64,000 nucleotides of DNA, taken from a virus. Of the stretch, positions 49,617-59,312 are shown piece after piece. A model generated the notes under the pieces. It worked only from the letters and a program-made list of their open reading frames with translations. It searched no databases and had not been told where the DNA came from. The translations under genes were made by a program, and so were the position numbers. Every line of letters begins with the position of its first letter. The first letter of the stretch is position 1. The stretch lies in the IMG/VR virus record IMGVR_UViG_3300042114_000252. One strand, 5' to 3'.

Positions 49617-50189
49617 TTATAATATTTGTTTATCTATATCTTTTATATATTCAACAAGATTTTCTTTATTTATACTTAATATATTCAATAATATTTTCTT
49701 TTCAAAATTTATAATTGAACTTGAAATTCCAAATTCTTTTCCATTTATTACAAAAGAAAGATCAGAAACAAATCTGTTTTCATTAAGGTTAATCAAAACA
49801 AAATCTCCTTTTTTTGCTTTTACAAATTCATTAAATCTAAAATCTTCTTTCAATTGATATCCTATTTTTTCTTTTTCTAAAAAATTAAAAAACAAATCTT
49901 TCGTTGCAATAGGAATTTTTATATCTTCACAAACATATAATAAACTTTGTGAAGAATTATTATTTAATAATTTGATATTTTCTAAAGAATTTACTTTCAT
50001 TATTTGAGGGTCTATCTTTATTTGCCATCTTTTTTCAGCATTTTGTTTGTTTTTTTGAAATAGACCTTCTATAGAATTAATTAATTCGCTTTTTTCTTGA
50101 TCTTTTTTAATTAATTCTACTTTTTCTTTTTTTTGTTCAACTATTTCATCTATATCTTTTTTTAATCTATTTTTTATATTTCTATTCAT
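49617..50189 (-). CDS. Hypothetical protein with a possible FliM/FliN C-terminal (SpoA)-like domain
   Basis: DFRFNEFVKAKKGDFVLIN...LSFVINGKEFG. Confidence 0.35.
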   Translation of the reverse strand: MNRNIKNRLKKDIDEIVEQKKEKVELIKKDQEKSELINSIEGLFQKNKQNAEKRWQIKIDPQIMKVNSLENIKLLNNNSSQSLLYVCEDIKIPIATKDLFFNFLEKEKIGYQLKEDFRFNEFVKAKKGDFVLINLNENRFVSDLSFVINGKEFGISSSIINFEKKILLNILSINKENLVEYIKDIDKQIL

Positions 50190-50194
50190 TTTTT

Positions 50195-51043
50195 TTACTT
50201 CCTTTTGTTTTTAACATCTTTTTCTAAACTTCTTATTTCTTCATATTTTATTTCATTTTGTGTTATTGTTTGATCTTCTTCTATTTTTTTATCTTTAATT
50301 GATTTTATTAATTCTTTTTCTATTAAAAGATTTAATGAATCTAAAATATTCAAAGTTTTTTCTTTTTTTGCAGTATCCACTATAGATTTATAATCTACTT
50401 TTAAAGTATCCGATATTTTTTGATTATTTCCATTTTCATATTTCAAAGTAATATCTTCTACTTTTTTTTGATTTATATCTATTTCAATAATATCCGTTTT
50501 TATTTTATCGTTATATGGAGTTATAGAATTAAAAAATTGCCAGATTTTATTATCAAAAGCATAAAAAGAAATCTTAACATTTTCATCATTATATTTTCCA
50601 CCTTTTTTTATCTCATGTTCATTATAAGAAGACATTTTTTCTACATCTTTATTTTTTAATTCTTTTTCTATTCTTTTTATTTCTTCTTTAAAAAATAAAG
50701 AAATTTTACTTAATATTATTGCATTTTTTTCTATAATTGATTTATTATTAAAATCTGGAAATTCTCTTAAACTTTCTTTTATAAATGTTGATACAAAATT
50801 CTTATTAAAATAATCTATTGTTTCAAACTTTCCTCTCTCTTTATTTAATAATATTTGTAAATTAATTAAATAAGTTCCTTTACCTATATCTATATTTACT
50901 TCTGATTTATAATTACAACTTTCTGATTCAAAAAAAATTGAAGCAACAAACTTATCATTTGTAAATGAAACAATTTTTTCTTCTACTTTTATTTCTTTTT
51001 CTATTTTATCCTCTTTTACAAAATCATTTTTATTTAATTCCAT
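50195..51043 (-). CDS. Hypothetical protein
   Basis: ORF track, 282 aa. Confidence 0.75.
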   Translation of the reverse strand: MELNKNDFVKEDKIEKEIKVEEKIVSFTNDKFVASIFFESESCNYKSEVNIDIGKGTYLINLQILLNKERGKFETIDYFNKNFVSTFIKESLREFPDFNNKSIIEKNAIILSKISLFFKEEIKRIEKELKNKDVEKMSSYNEHEIKKGGKYNDENVKISFYAFDNKIWQFFNSITPYNDKIKTDIIEIDINQKKVEDITLKYENGNNQKISDTLKVDYKSIVDTAKKEKTLNILDSLNLLIEKELIKSIKDKKIEEDQTITQNEIKYEEIRSLEKDVKNKRK

Positions 51044-51183
51044 TATATATATCCTTCACATTATTTTATTTTTTTTAATATACATAAATATTATATATAA
51101 AAATAAATTATTTTTAACTTAATTTATAATTTATTTATAATTATTGACATAAACATATTATAACATACATTAAAGGAACAAAC

Positions 51184-51726
51184 ATGACAAAAATATTACA
51201 AAAAATATTAAACTTGTTTTATATAAATAAACAAAATAATGAAATAAATGAAGATTCGTTAGATAAAGAATTTTTATTTCATTTTCTTTTTCTCTTTGGA
51301 GATGCTATTCATAATATTAAAGATTTTGGATATATGTATTCAAATATCAAAGAGGAAGATAGGGATTTTGAAAAAATTGGAAAATTATTCTTTCAAAATA
51401 ATAATGCTAAAATTATTTCTATAGTAGGACAAATATTAAGATCTATATCATCTACAGGATATAATCATCATTCTGTAAAAAACCTTTTAAAAAAAGAATA
51501 TAAAGAATTGTTAAATTATGAAAACCTTAAAAAAACTTATAGAAATCAAAATTATATAATAAATGAAACTAAAACTTTTTCTTTCATTGAAAAAGCTAAT
51601 CTTTTAGCATTAATTGATATAACAATGAAAGCAGCAAATGGACATAAAATAAATGAAATAGAATTAGATTTTTTATCTGAAATATTTGAAGTTCCAAAAG
51701 AAAAACTTTTTACACAAAATATATAA
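51184..51726 (+). CDS. Hypothetical protein
   Basis: ORF track, 180 aa; RBS AAGGA. Confidence 0.7.
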   Translation: MTKILQKILNLFYINKQNNEINEDSLDKEFLFHFLFLFGDAIHNIKDFGYMYSNIKEEDRDFEKIGKLFFQNNNAKIISIVGQILRSISSTGYNHHSVKNLLKKEYKELLNYENLKKTYRNQNYIINETKTFSFIEKANLLALIDITMKAANGHKINEIELDFLSEIFEVPKEKLFTQNI

Positions 51727-51738
51727 CTTTTACTTTAA

Positions 51739-52035
51739 TTATTTAGTTGGAATAATATAAGTTAAATCTTTTTTTATACATTGTTTTATAAAATCTTCTT
51801 TGTTTCTAGCATATATATAACTATATCCTCTACAACCTATATCTATATTATTATCATATTCTGTAAATCTAACATTTGATTGACAAACATCTCTTATTTG
51901 AAAACCATCATATTCTCCACCAACAAAAGCTTCTCCATAATTTACAAAACAAACGATTCTACTAACCTTTACTAAATAATAAAGAGTATCATAATCTTTA
52001 CTTGTTTCATACTGTTGTTCTAGTAATTTAATCAT
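51739..52035 (-). CDS. Hypothetical protein
   Basis: ORF track, 98 aa. Confidence 0.7.
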   Translation of the reverse strand: MIKLLEQQYETSKDYDTLYYLVKVSRIVCFVNYGEAFVGGEYDGFQIRDVCQSNVRFTEYDNNIDIGCRGYSYIYARNKEDFIKQCIKKDLTYIIPTK

Positions 52036-52039
52036 TTAT

Positions 52040-52246
52040 TTAATAACCTAGCCTTTTTTTTAATTCTTCTTGTCTTTCAATAAAATAATCCAAACTATGT
52101 AATGTTGAACAATTTCCACAAACTATATAAACATCATCACTATTTTTGTTATCACCATTATCTATTTCATCTTTTTCTATTCTGTAACTAAATTCATCAT
52201 TACAACCACAATTTCCACAAATTATATGCATTCTATCTCTTGCCAT
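52040..52246 (-). CDS. Small zinc-ribbon protein (CGNC...CGNC)
   Basis: Two CxxC motifs. Confidence 0.7.
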   Translation of the reverse strand: MARDRMHIICGNCGCNDEFSYRIEKDEIDNGDNKNSDDVYIVCGNCSTLHSLDYFIERQEELKKRLGY

Positions 52247-52560
52247 TTTTTAGCCCCCTTAGTATTTCTAAAAAAATGTTTTAATTCACAAGAAAAAATA
52301 GCATTTTTAAATGTTGTAGTTTCTATGTCATTATCAAAATTATCATTTATAATTTTTTTTAATTCTTTATGTTTATCTACATTATACTCACCAAATAATT
52401 CAGTATATTCTTTTTTTAAACTTTTTAAAGCCAATCTTATTCCAAAAAACCTTGAAAAACCTGTCCCAAGTTGAGCATTCATTTCTCTTTCAGTTGAAAA
52501 TGTTTCAAAGACAAAATCCTTCTTATCTTCTGTTATTAAAAATATATAATATTTGTTCAT
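52222..52560 (-). CDS. Hypothetical protein
   Basis: ORF track, 112 aa. Confidence 0.6.
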   Translation of the reverse strand: MNKYYIFLITEDKKDFVFETFSTEREMNAQLGTGFSRFFGIRLALKSLKKEYTELFGEYNVDKHKELKKIINDNFDNDIETTTFKNAIFSCELKHFFRNTKGAKKWQEIECI

Positions 52561-52637
52561 TAATCTTTCCTTATCTAAAAAATTGGATTTTTTATATATA
52601 TAATTATATAAAAAATTTACTTTCTTTATAAAAACTA

Positions 52638-53057
52638 CTAAAAAAAACTTTTTAAAAAACCATCACTTATTTTTTTTAAATTAGTATCTTCATTCATTCT
52701 TTCTTTTAATCTTATTTTACATTCTTTTAATGTTGTTTCCATTTTTTTATATTCTACTAAAAATCCATTTTTTTCAAAAAAAACATTTGCATTTTTAATA
52801 TTTTTTTCAAATGACAAATAAGGATCAGCTATTACTAAAAAATCTATATCTTCAATTAAATCTACTAAATCTTCCAATTTATTACAAAAAACAGATAAAT
52901 CGTCTAAAAATACTTTTTTTATTGTTTTTTCTTCTTTTATTTTTTTTAACTTATCAAGTGAATCTACTAAAACAATATCTTTATAATTATTATTTACAAA
53001 TGTTGTTTTACCAGAACAAGGTGCTCCTCCAATTAATAAACATTTTTTTAATAACAT
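52638..53057 (-). CDS. P-loop kinase (AAA_33 / polynucleotide-kinase-like)
   Basis: LLIGGAPCSGKTTF; LKECKIRLKER. Confidence 0.7.
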   Translation of the reverse strand: MLLKKCLLIGGAPCSGKTTFVNNNYKDIVLVDSLDKLKKIKEEKTIKKVFLDDLSVFCNKLEDLVDLIEDIDFLVIADPYLSFEKNIKNANVFFEKNGFLVEYKKMETTLKECKIRLKERMNEDTNLKKISDGFLKSFF

Positions 53058-53073
53058 AAAATATTTTCTTTAA

Positions 53074-53571
53074 TTATAAATATTTTTGTAAAATATTTAT
53101 AATTTGATCAACCTTATATTCCCAATATTCATAGTCACTAGAATTACCATAATATTCATATTCAGTTTCAGTATTTATATCTTTAATAGTTTCTAATTCA
53201 CTAATAACCAAAGGATTTAGAAAACCTTGATTATATAAAAAATCAAATAATGAACCATTATCTATTTTTTCTTCATTATATGTTTTTTCATATTCAGGAG
53301 TTGAATTATCCCAACAATTACCACCTTTAAAACCACCAATATATACTCCTCCAAAATATATACTTTTATTTTCTTTTATCTTTTCTTTAAATGAAGAAGA
53401 AAAACTATAAGCATTTTCCTGATAGAATTTTTCATTTTGTTTTTTTATATATTCTTCTAAGTTTTCTTTAAATAAAGACATATCTTTTTGTTCTAATTGT
53501 CTTTCTCCACAACAAGAACAATAATTATCTTCATCTTTTAATATTTTATCACACTTTCTACAATTTTTCAT
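53074..53571 (-). CDS. N-terminal zinc-ribbon hypothetical protein
   Basis: CRKC...CSCCG. Confidence 0.7.
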   Translation of the reverse strand: MKNCRKCDKILKDEDNYCSCCGERQLEQKDMSLFKENLEEYIKKQNEKFYQENAYSFSSSFKEKIKENKSIYFGGVYIGGFKGGNCWDNSTPEYEKTYNEEKIDNGSLFDFLYNQGFLNPLVISELETIKDINTETEYEYYGNSSDYEYWEYKVDQIINILQKYL

Positions 53572-53766
53572 TTTTTTATATTCTCACTTTTTTTCTTTTT
53601 TTTTCTTTATAATATATATTAAATTGAATTATATAGAAAATAACATTAAAAATAACTTAAATAATCTTCATATAACTATTTTATTTTTTCAAAAAATACA
53701 TAAAATATAAAAAAAACATATATAATACATTATTATATATATTATAAACTAAGGAAACATAATTAA

Positions 53767-54426
53767 ATGAAAAAAAAGAACAATACATTATACAAAAATA
53801 ATTTAGGAGATATAATAGAATTTAATACACACAACACAGGAACTATTATTCTTTCTGAAAGTGAAAATTTTAAACAAGGACATTTTGAAACAGGATTAAT
53901 TTCTCTTTCAAAAGATGACTATTGGAAAAGAATTGTTTCTGAATCTGAATTTAAAGAAATAGAAACAAATGGGCAAAAAGTATTTGATAAAGAATTTAAA
54001 GATAAAATATTTTTTTATTTTATAAAAAAACAACAAACCATTTCAATCAATAATATAAATGAAATAGAACAATTATCTCTATATTTGGATACACATAAAG
54101 ATAGTGATATTTGTGTAATAATTAACCATTCTATATATGGAGAATATTTAGAATTAATTAAAAACAATGAAAAATTAAAAAAAACTTCTATATTAACAAC
54201 TATTATCAACAAAGAAAACAATGAAATACAAGAAATAGAATACATTGATATTGATAGAATTATATTTAAATTAAGACCAATGCAAACTAATTTATTTTAT
54301 TTTAAAATACCTGAAAACATTTTAAAAGATGTAATTAACAACAATACTAATCATATTAATTTATTAGAATCAAAAGAAAATAATAAAAACAATGAATCAT
54401 TAAAAAAACAAAACAAAAGAATATAA
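53767..54426 (+). CDS. Hypothetical protein
   Basis: ORF track, 219 aa. Confidence 0.75.
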   Translation: MKKKNNTLYKNNLGDIIEFNTHNTGTIILSESENFKQGHFETGLISLSKDDYWKRIVSESEFKEIETNGQKVFDKEFKDKIFFYFIKKQQTISINNINEIEQLSLYLDTHKDSDICVIINHSIYGEYLELIKNNEKLKKTSILTTIINKENNEIQEIEYIDIDRIIFKLRPMQTNLFYFKIPENILKDVINNNTNHINLLESKENNKNNESLKKQNKRI

Positions 54427-54470
54427 AAGAAAATAAATATATATTTATCTTTTTAAACCTTTTGAATATT

Positions 54471-55670
54471 TCACAACTTTATTTTATTTTTTAAACTTTT
54501 TTCTTTTCTTGATTTTTCTATTCCTATTTCTTTTTTTAATAAATTAACATCTTCATATTTATTTTTTATTTCCACATATCCATTTTCTTTATAAAAAGCC
54601 ATTAATTCATATTCTTCTATTTCACCTTCTTGTGGTTCCGCATTTAATAAAATTGTTTTAATATTTTGTTCTTTAATATATTTTTCAGCTTTTTTTAATA
54701 AATAAGAACCTATACCCATTCTTCTTAAATCTTTATCTATATTTAAATATTGAATAAAAGCATATTCTTTTGTGTCTGAAAATTCTTTTAAATACCCTTC
54801 AATTTCTTCTATTGAATCTTCTTCATTTTCATTAGAAAAAGTATCTTTCCAAGTTTTTTCAAAATCTTTTTCTATTTGAATAACAACTTGACTACTATGA
54901 TTTTCTTTTAATCTTATAGTAGAATAACTATTTTCTTTATCTTCTATAATTTCTATTTCTTTACTTTTAAGTTTTTTTGAATAATCATTAAAAAAATACC
55001 TCAACTTTTCTCTATTTTCTTCATTTTTTTTATCTGCAATTTCAACATATTCATAATACTTTATCTTTTTTATTTCTTTTATTTTTTTTAGATTAAATAA
55101 AGCCAAAACATCTTCAACACCACCATTATAATTTTGAACAAATGAACAATCTATATTATTTTCTAGAAAGAAATTATTCCATAACTTTGTTGCCTTTTCT
55201 GTTTTAGCTATAACTTCCATATTTATAGCTAAATTATTTAAAACTTCAGCATTTATTTCTAATTCTTTATTTTTGTCTTGCTTAGATATTTCTAACAAAT
55301 CAATATCTTTTAAATTATTTGCTTGAATATATTCTTTATTCATTCTTTTAAAGTTTTTTTCTAAATAATTAAAATATTCTTTTTTCTTTTTATTTGGTAG
55401 ATTTTCTTCTAAAAAAATGATAGCTTTATATAACTTTATTTTCTTTTTTTCTATATGTTGCATCATATAACCTACATCATTTTCTAATTCTATTTTTAAT
55501 TCATATATAGTTCCGCCACCTTTAGAATATTCTTTAGCAGTATCTATATTAGAAGTCAAATAAAGACCAGGACCATATTCTATTTTACCCTTTGTTCCTT
55601 TATATTCATTAATATTATCTTCTAAACTTCTACCACCATGATATAATGTTATTTCTTTTAATTCTTTCAT
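54471..55670 (-). CDS. ART-like domain fused to a GNAT acetyltransferase
   Basis: N-terminal LYHGG...EYGPGLYLTS...AKEY; C-terminal YLNIDKDLRRMGIGSYLL...LMAFYKENGY. Confidence 0.75.
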   Translation of the reverse strand: MKELKEITLYHGGRSLEDNINEYKGTKGKIEYGPGLYLTSNIDTAKEYSKGGGTIYELKIELENDVGYMMQHIEKKKIKLYKAIIFLEENLPNKKKKEYFNYLEKNFKRMNKEYIQANNLKDIDLLEISKQDKNKELEINAEVLNNLAINMEVIAKTEKATKLWNNFFLENNIDCSFVQNYNGGVEDVLALFNLKKIKEIKKIKYYEYVEIADKKNEENREKLRYFFNDYSKKLKSKEIEIIEDKENSYSTIRLKENHSSQVVIQIEKDFEKTWKDTFSNENEEDSIEEIEGYLKEFSDTKEYAFIQYLNIDKDLRRMGIGSYLLKKAEKYIKEQNIKTILLNAEPQEGEIEEYELMAFYKENGYVEIKNKYEDVNLLKKEIGIEKSRKEKSLKNKIKL

Positions 55671-55704
55671 ATTTTATTATTTTTACCTTTATTTTTCTTT
55701 TAAT

Positions 55705-55872
55705 TCAAAAATTTTTACAAACACAACTTACTAACTTATGATTTTTATATAATTCATCTACTTTTTCTTTACTTAATGTTTCAAAACAATACTTATCAAC
55801 AACTGGTTTTATTGCATCAGATACTAATTTTATAATTTCTAGTTGTCTATCATAATTTAATTGCCTAGTCAT
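55705..55872 (-). CDS. 55-aa small ORF (MTRQLNYDRQLEIIKLVSDAIKPVVDKYCF...)
   Basis: Translated by hand; AAGGA upstream; below the ORF-track cutoff. Confidence 0.5.
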   Translation of the reverse strand: MTRQLNYDRQLEIIKLVSDAIKPVVDKYCFETLSKEKVDELYKNHKLVSCVCKNF

Positions 55873-56614
55873 TTTTTTTATTTCCTTTTATTTTTTATTT
55901 TTGTATGTATATTATAAGTATTTTTTTGATTTTTTTTCTTTAATTAATTAATTTAATATAATATCTATATATATAAAAAGGAAGTACATATAATGGAAAC
56001 AAAAAATACAATAGAAAAAAATACAATAGAACTAATAGAAAAATTATATGATGAAAATAATTTTGAAAAATCAATAGAAATATGTCAAAAAGAACTTTCA
56101 TATAATAACCAAACTAACATAAACAAAACATATCTATTTAATATGCTAGGAAATAATTATAGCAACATTGAAAACGTTGAAAATAGTGATGCATTTGCTA
56201 TTGAATATTACAACAAAGCTATTGAAATTGATCCTACCAATTTAACTGCTTTTTTTAATTTAGCACATCTATATATTAACTTAGAAAAATATGATAAAGC
56301 TATTAAATATTTCAATAAATATATAGAACTTGTTCCAAATGATTCTGAAACTTATTATTATTTAGCTATTGCAACTTACAAAAGATGGGTTAACAAAGAA
56401 CTTGATAAAATACCTTTTTCTGAAGCACAAGACAACAAATTTAATTTATCCTTTGAATATTTTAATAAAGCAATAGAAATAAATCCAACAAATTCTTTTT
56501 ATTATTATGAATTAGCATTAGCTCATGAAGAATCATGTGATAGATATTATCAATATAACTACAAATTTAATTTAGAAGAAGCAATAAAAAACATTAAAAT
56601 AGCTATTGAACTTG

Positions 56615-56732
56615 CCGGTCAATTATTACATATAATATCTATAAAAAACTACATATTTTTTAGATACTTTTGTAGTTTTTTATAGATATTATATTTTGTA
56701 CAGACCGTTTTTATATTGTACACACCTACTAT
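56615..56732 (-). ncRNA. Putative omegaRNA scaffold, 3' part (copy 2)
   Basis: 20-bp perfect stem AATATCTATAAAAAACTACA/TGTAGTTTTTTATAGATATT; loop CGGTC can pair with terminal GACCG. Confidence 0.6.
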
Positions 56733-58289
56733 TTAGCAAGATAAAATCTTGCAAAATTCATAGTTACTTTTGATTTTTACAGGGTTACAGATTTTGTGTT
56801 TATACTTTAGCAACCAATCATAGTTAGTTCTATTATTAGTTCCAACTTTTATATGATTAGCGCTTGCAGACATATCACAATTCCATTCAAAATATCCCAT
56901 TTTTTTCATGTTTTTTTTGTGTTCTTTATATTTTTTTGACTTTTTTTGTGATCTTTTATTCTTAAAAGAATTTTGTCTTTCTATGTTGTTAGTATATAAA
57001 CCACGTTTTGCGCGTTTCCCGTTCGAAACATTAGCAAAACCTTGTTCTTGAGCACCAATTACATCAGAAAAAACTGATTCCTTACTTGTATAAGCCTCAT
57101 CTATCACATGAACTCTGATTCCCACTTCATTGCATTTCTCCTCTATTAAACTTAGCAATTTACCAAATGGAATTTGATAAAATTGTTGTTTAGTGCTTTT
57201 TCTTTGTTTGAAAGTTTCTTTATCTTCTTTCCTAGTGTTCTTTAAAAATGATAAATTTTTACTTATGTAAAAATCTGACACATTTGCTTTTAATAAAAAT
57301 TCAACAACTCTTTTACTTATTGCATGGAATTCTGAATAATAATAATTACTTCGGTTAGCTAAATTTTGTTTTCTTTTTTTATTTATTAAAACACCTATTT
57401 CGTCATATTCAGGATAATATTTATGAGGATATAATTCAACTAAAGTTGTATGTTTAGATAATTCTTTTTGGAAATCTTCATTGTTTTTATTGAATTGATA
57501 ATTTTTATATTTTATAGGTTTTCCGTCATAAATAATTGATTTTGTTTCTATATCTTCTACAAAAATTGATAACAAATTATTGATTCCTATATCACATCCA
57601 GCATTTTTTCTAACGCTATTTTTATTATTAAATTCTCCAGTAACTACATTATATAAAAGTGATAATTTATTATTTAAGTCAAATTCTTGATAAAGGTATG
57701 ATATATTAACCCAATATTCTCCGTTTGCATAAGAAAAATTCACAGCTTGAATATTCTTTTCATTTGAAATAATTCTTGATATATTTTTATTATTTATATA
57801 AAAGTATTTCATTTTTTTACCAAGATTTATACCTATTTTCTTTTTATCTTTGTTTTTTAATGACCATTTACCACTATCTAGTGGTAAGCTCCATCTATTA
57901 ATTTGCGAAAGTCTTTTAGGTTGAGAAAAATTACTTTTTATTCCTTTTTTTAGGTTTGTTAAGTGCTTTTTAAAATCCCCATTTAACCTTTCTAACAAAG
58001 TTGCTATATTATGGGAATTAATGGCTTCACAAACTTTTTGCATAGGTTCTAATGTTTCTTTATATTTTTGTTTAAAAACATTGACTTCTTCTTCTTTTTT
58101 TCCACCTTTTGTTTTAAACAAGGCTGGACGCATAAAACTTTTGTTTAAAAAATTAAAATCATCATGTTTTTTAAATGCAATTAATATCATATTTTCTAAA
58201 TGTTTGTATTGAAAAAGAATCTTATGTGTTTCTTCGTCTACATTTATTCGCATTTTTAATGTTTTGTATTTTTTATTATTAAATCTCAT
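56733..58289 (-). CDS. tnpB: TnpB RNA-guided nuclease with rearranged RuvC-II, copy 2
   Basis: GCDIGINN, DEAYTSK and NCDMSASAN; closely similar to 46345..47862. Confidence 0.9.
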   Translation of the reverse strand: MRFNNKKYKTLKMRINVDEETHKILFQYKHLENMILIAFKKHDDFNFLNKSFMRPALFKTKGGKKEEEVNVFKQKYKETLEPMQKVCEAINSHNIATLLERLNGDFKKHLTNLKKGIKSNFSQPKRLSQINRWSLPLDSGKWSLKNKDKKKIGINLGKKMKYFYINNKNISRIISNEKNIQAVNFSYANGEYWVNISYLYQEFDLNNKLSLLYNVVTGEFNNKNSVRKNAGCDIGINNLLSIFVEDIETKSIIYDGKPIKYKNYQFNKNNEDFQKELSKHTTLVELYPHKYYPEYDEIGVLINKKRKQNLANRSNYYYSEFHAISKRVVEFLLKANVSDFYISKNLSFLKNTRKEDKETFKQRKSTKQQFYQIPFGKLLSLIEEKCNEVGIRVHVIDEAYTSKESVFSDVIGAQEQGFANVSNGKRAKRGLYTNNIERQNSFKNKRSQKKSKKYKEHKKNMKKMGYFEWNCDMSASANHIKVGTNNRTNYDWLLKYKHKICNPVKIKSNYEFCKILSC

Positions 58290-58930
58290 GCTTGTATTAT
58301 ATCGTATTTTTTATTTTTTTTAAAATTAAAATATATATTACAAATATAAAAAACTATAACTAAAAACTATAATTTTTATAGTTTTTAGTAGTTTTCAAAT
58401 TACAGTTTTTACCCCCATTAAATCCACATTATTATTATACATTGGGAAGATTATATCAAAATCATATATTACTAAATTATGAACTTTCATTAGAAGCATT
58501 GAAAAAAGCTATAGAATTAGATCCATCATCAGCATATTATCATCATGTTATTGCAGAATTATACAATAATAATTTAAACAATCCTATATATAATCCTAAA
58601 TTAGCAATAGAATATTATAAAAAAGCTATTGAATCAGATCCAACAGTTTATAGCTCTTATTTATATATAGCTAGAATTTATCTAAAAAAAGAAAAAAAAT
58701 ATAAACAAGCTTTAGATTATTCTTTATCATATATTTTAAATGAAAAAATTGATTCAAAAAATATAGATAATCTAAATGAAGGATATCAAATTTTTGGAGA
58801 AGCACAATTTAACATTATTATGCAATAAATAATATATTTAATATATTTAATATTCTAAATATTTCAAAAATAATATAACTTAAATGAAAATACACAAAAT
58901 GGAAACACAAAAATAGACCTATATAACTTT

Positions 58931-58975
58931 CAACAACCACTACCTAAAGGAAGTGGGTTTTCTTGCTGAGATTTG
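58931..58975 (+). mobile_element. 45-bp palindromic mini-element (PATE-like, IS200/IS605-IscB-type ends)
   Basis: CAACAACCACTACCTAAAGGAAGTGGGTTTTCTTGCTGAGATTTG; removing it restores the frame ...LYNF-IKYRTNYY. Confidence 0.6.
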
Positions 58976-59312
58976 ATAAAATATAGAACAAATTATTATA
59001 TATCATTTAATTATTTTAGATTAAATAATTTTCAATTAGCAATAAAGCATACTTTTATTTATATTAAAAACATTAATAAATTGAATGAACCCTTTGATTA
59101 TGAAGATTATTATAAAGAAAACAATGCTTATAAAATTATTTGGAGATCTTATTTTAATCTTGAAAACAATTAAATATTATTTTTGTTTCTTTCTAACATT
59201 ATTTTTTTATATTTAATCTTTTTTTTTAAAAACATTAAAAACAAAATACATTATTTTTTAATTATAATATTTTAAATACATACATCTATCTATATCAATT
59301 AGGAAAATAAAA

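Larger units (their letters stand above)
56615..58414 (-). mobile_element. Non-autonomous IS607-type tnpB element, copy 2 (complete ends, shared GG core)
   Basis: Clean insertion in the TPR gene at a CC/GG dinucleotide present at both junctions; left end has a hairpin ACTAAAAACTATA/TATAGTTTTTAGT; no tnpA. Confidence 0.85.
55993..59173 (+). pseudogene. TPR-repeat protein gene broken by tnpB element 2, stops/frameshifts near 58810-58875 and a 45-bp insertion
   Basis: Joining 56616 to 58415 restores ...AIELA-PLNPHYYYTLGRLY, a TPR turn; the fragments at 55993, 58442 and 58973 are all TPR-like. Confidence 0.85.

Noticed and set aside
51184-51726. TerB-like call for the 180-aa protein
   Set aside because: Only a weak C-terminal resemblance (AANGHKINEIELDFL), not enough to support a call.
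56615-58414. tnpB element as an IStron (group I intron fusion)
   Set aside because: Only ~125 bp lie between the left end and tnpB, too short for a group I core, and the host gene carries other inactivating lesions.
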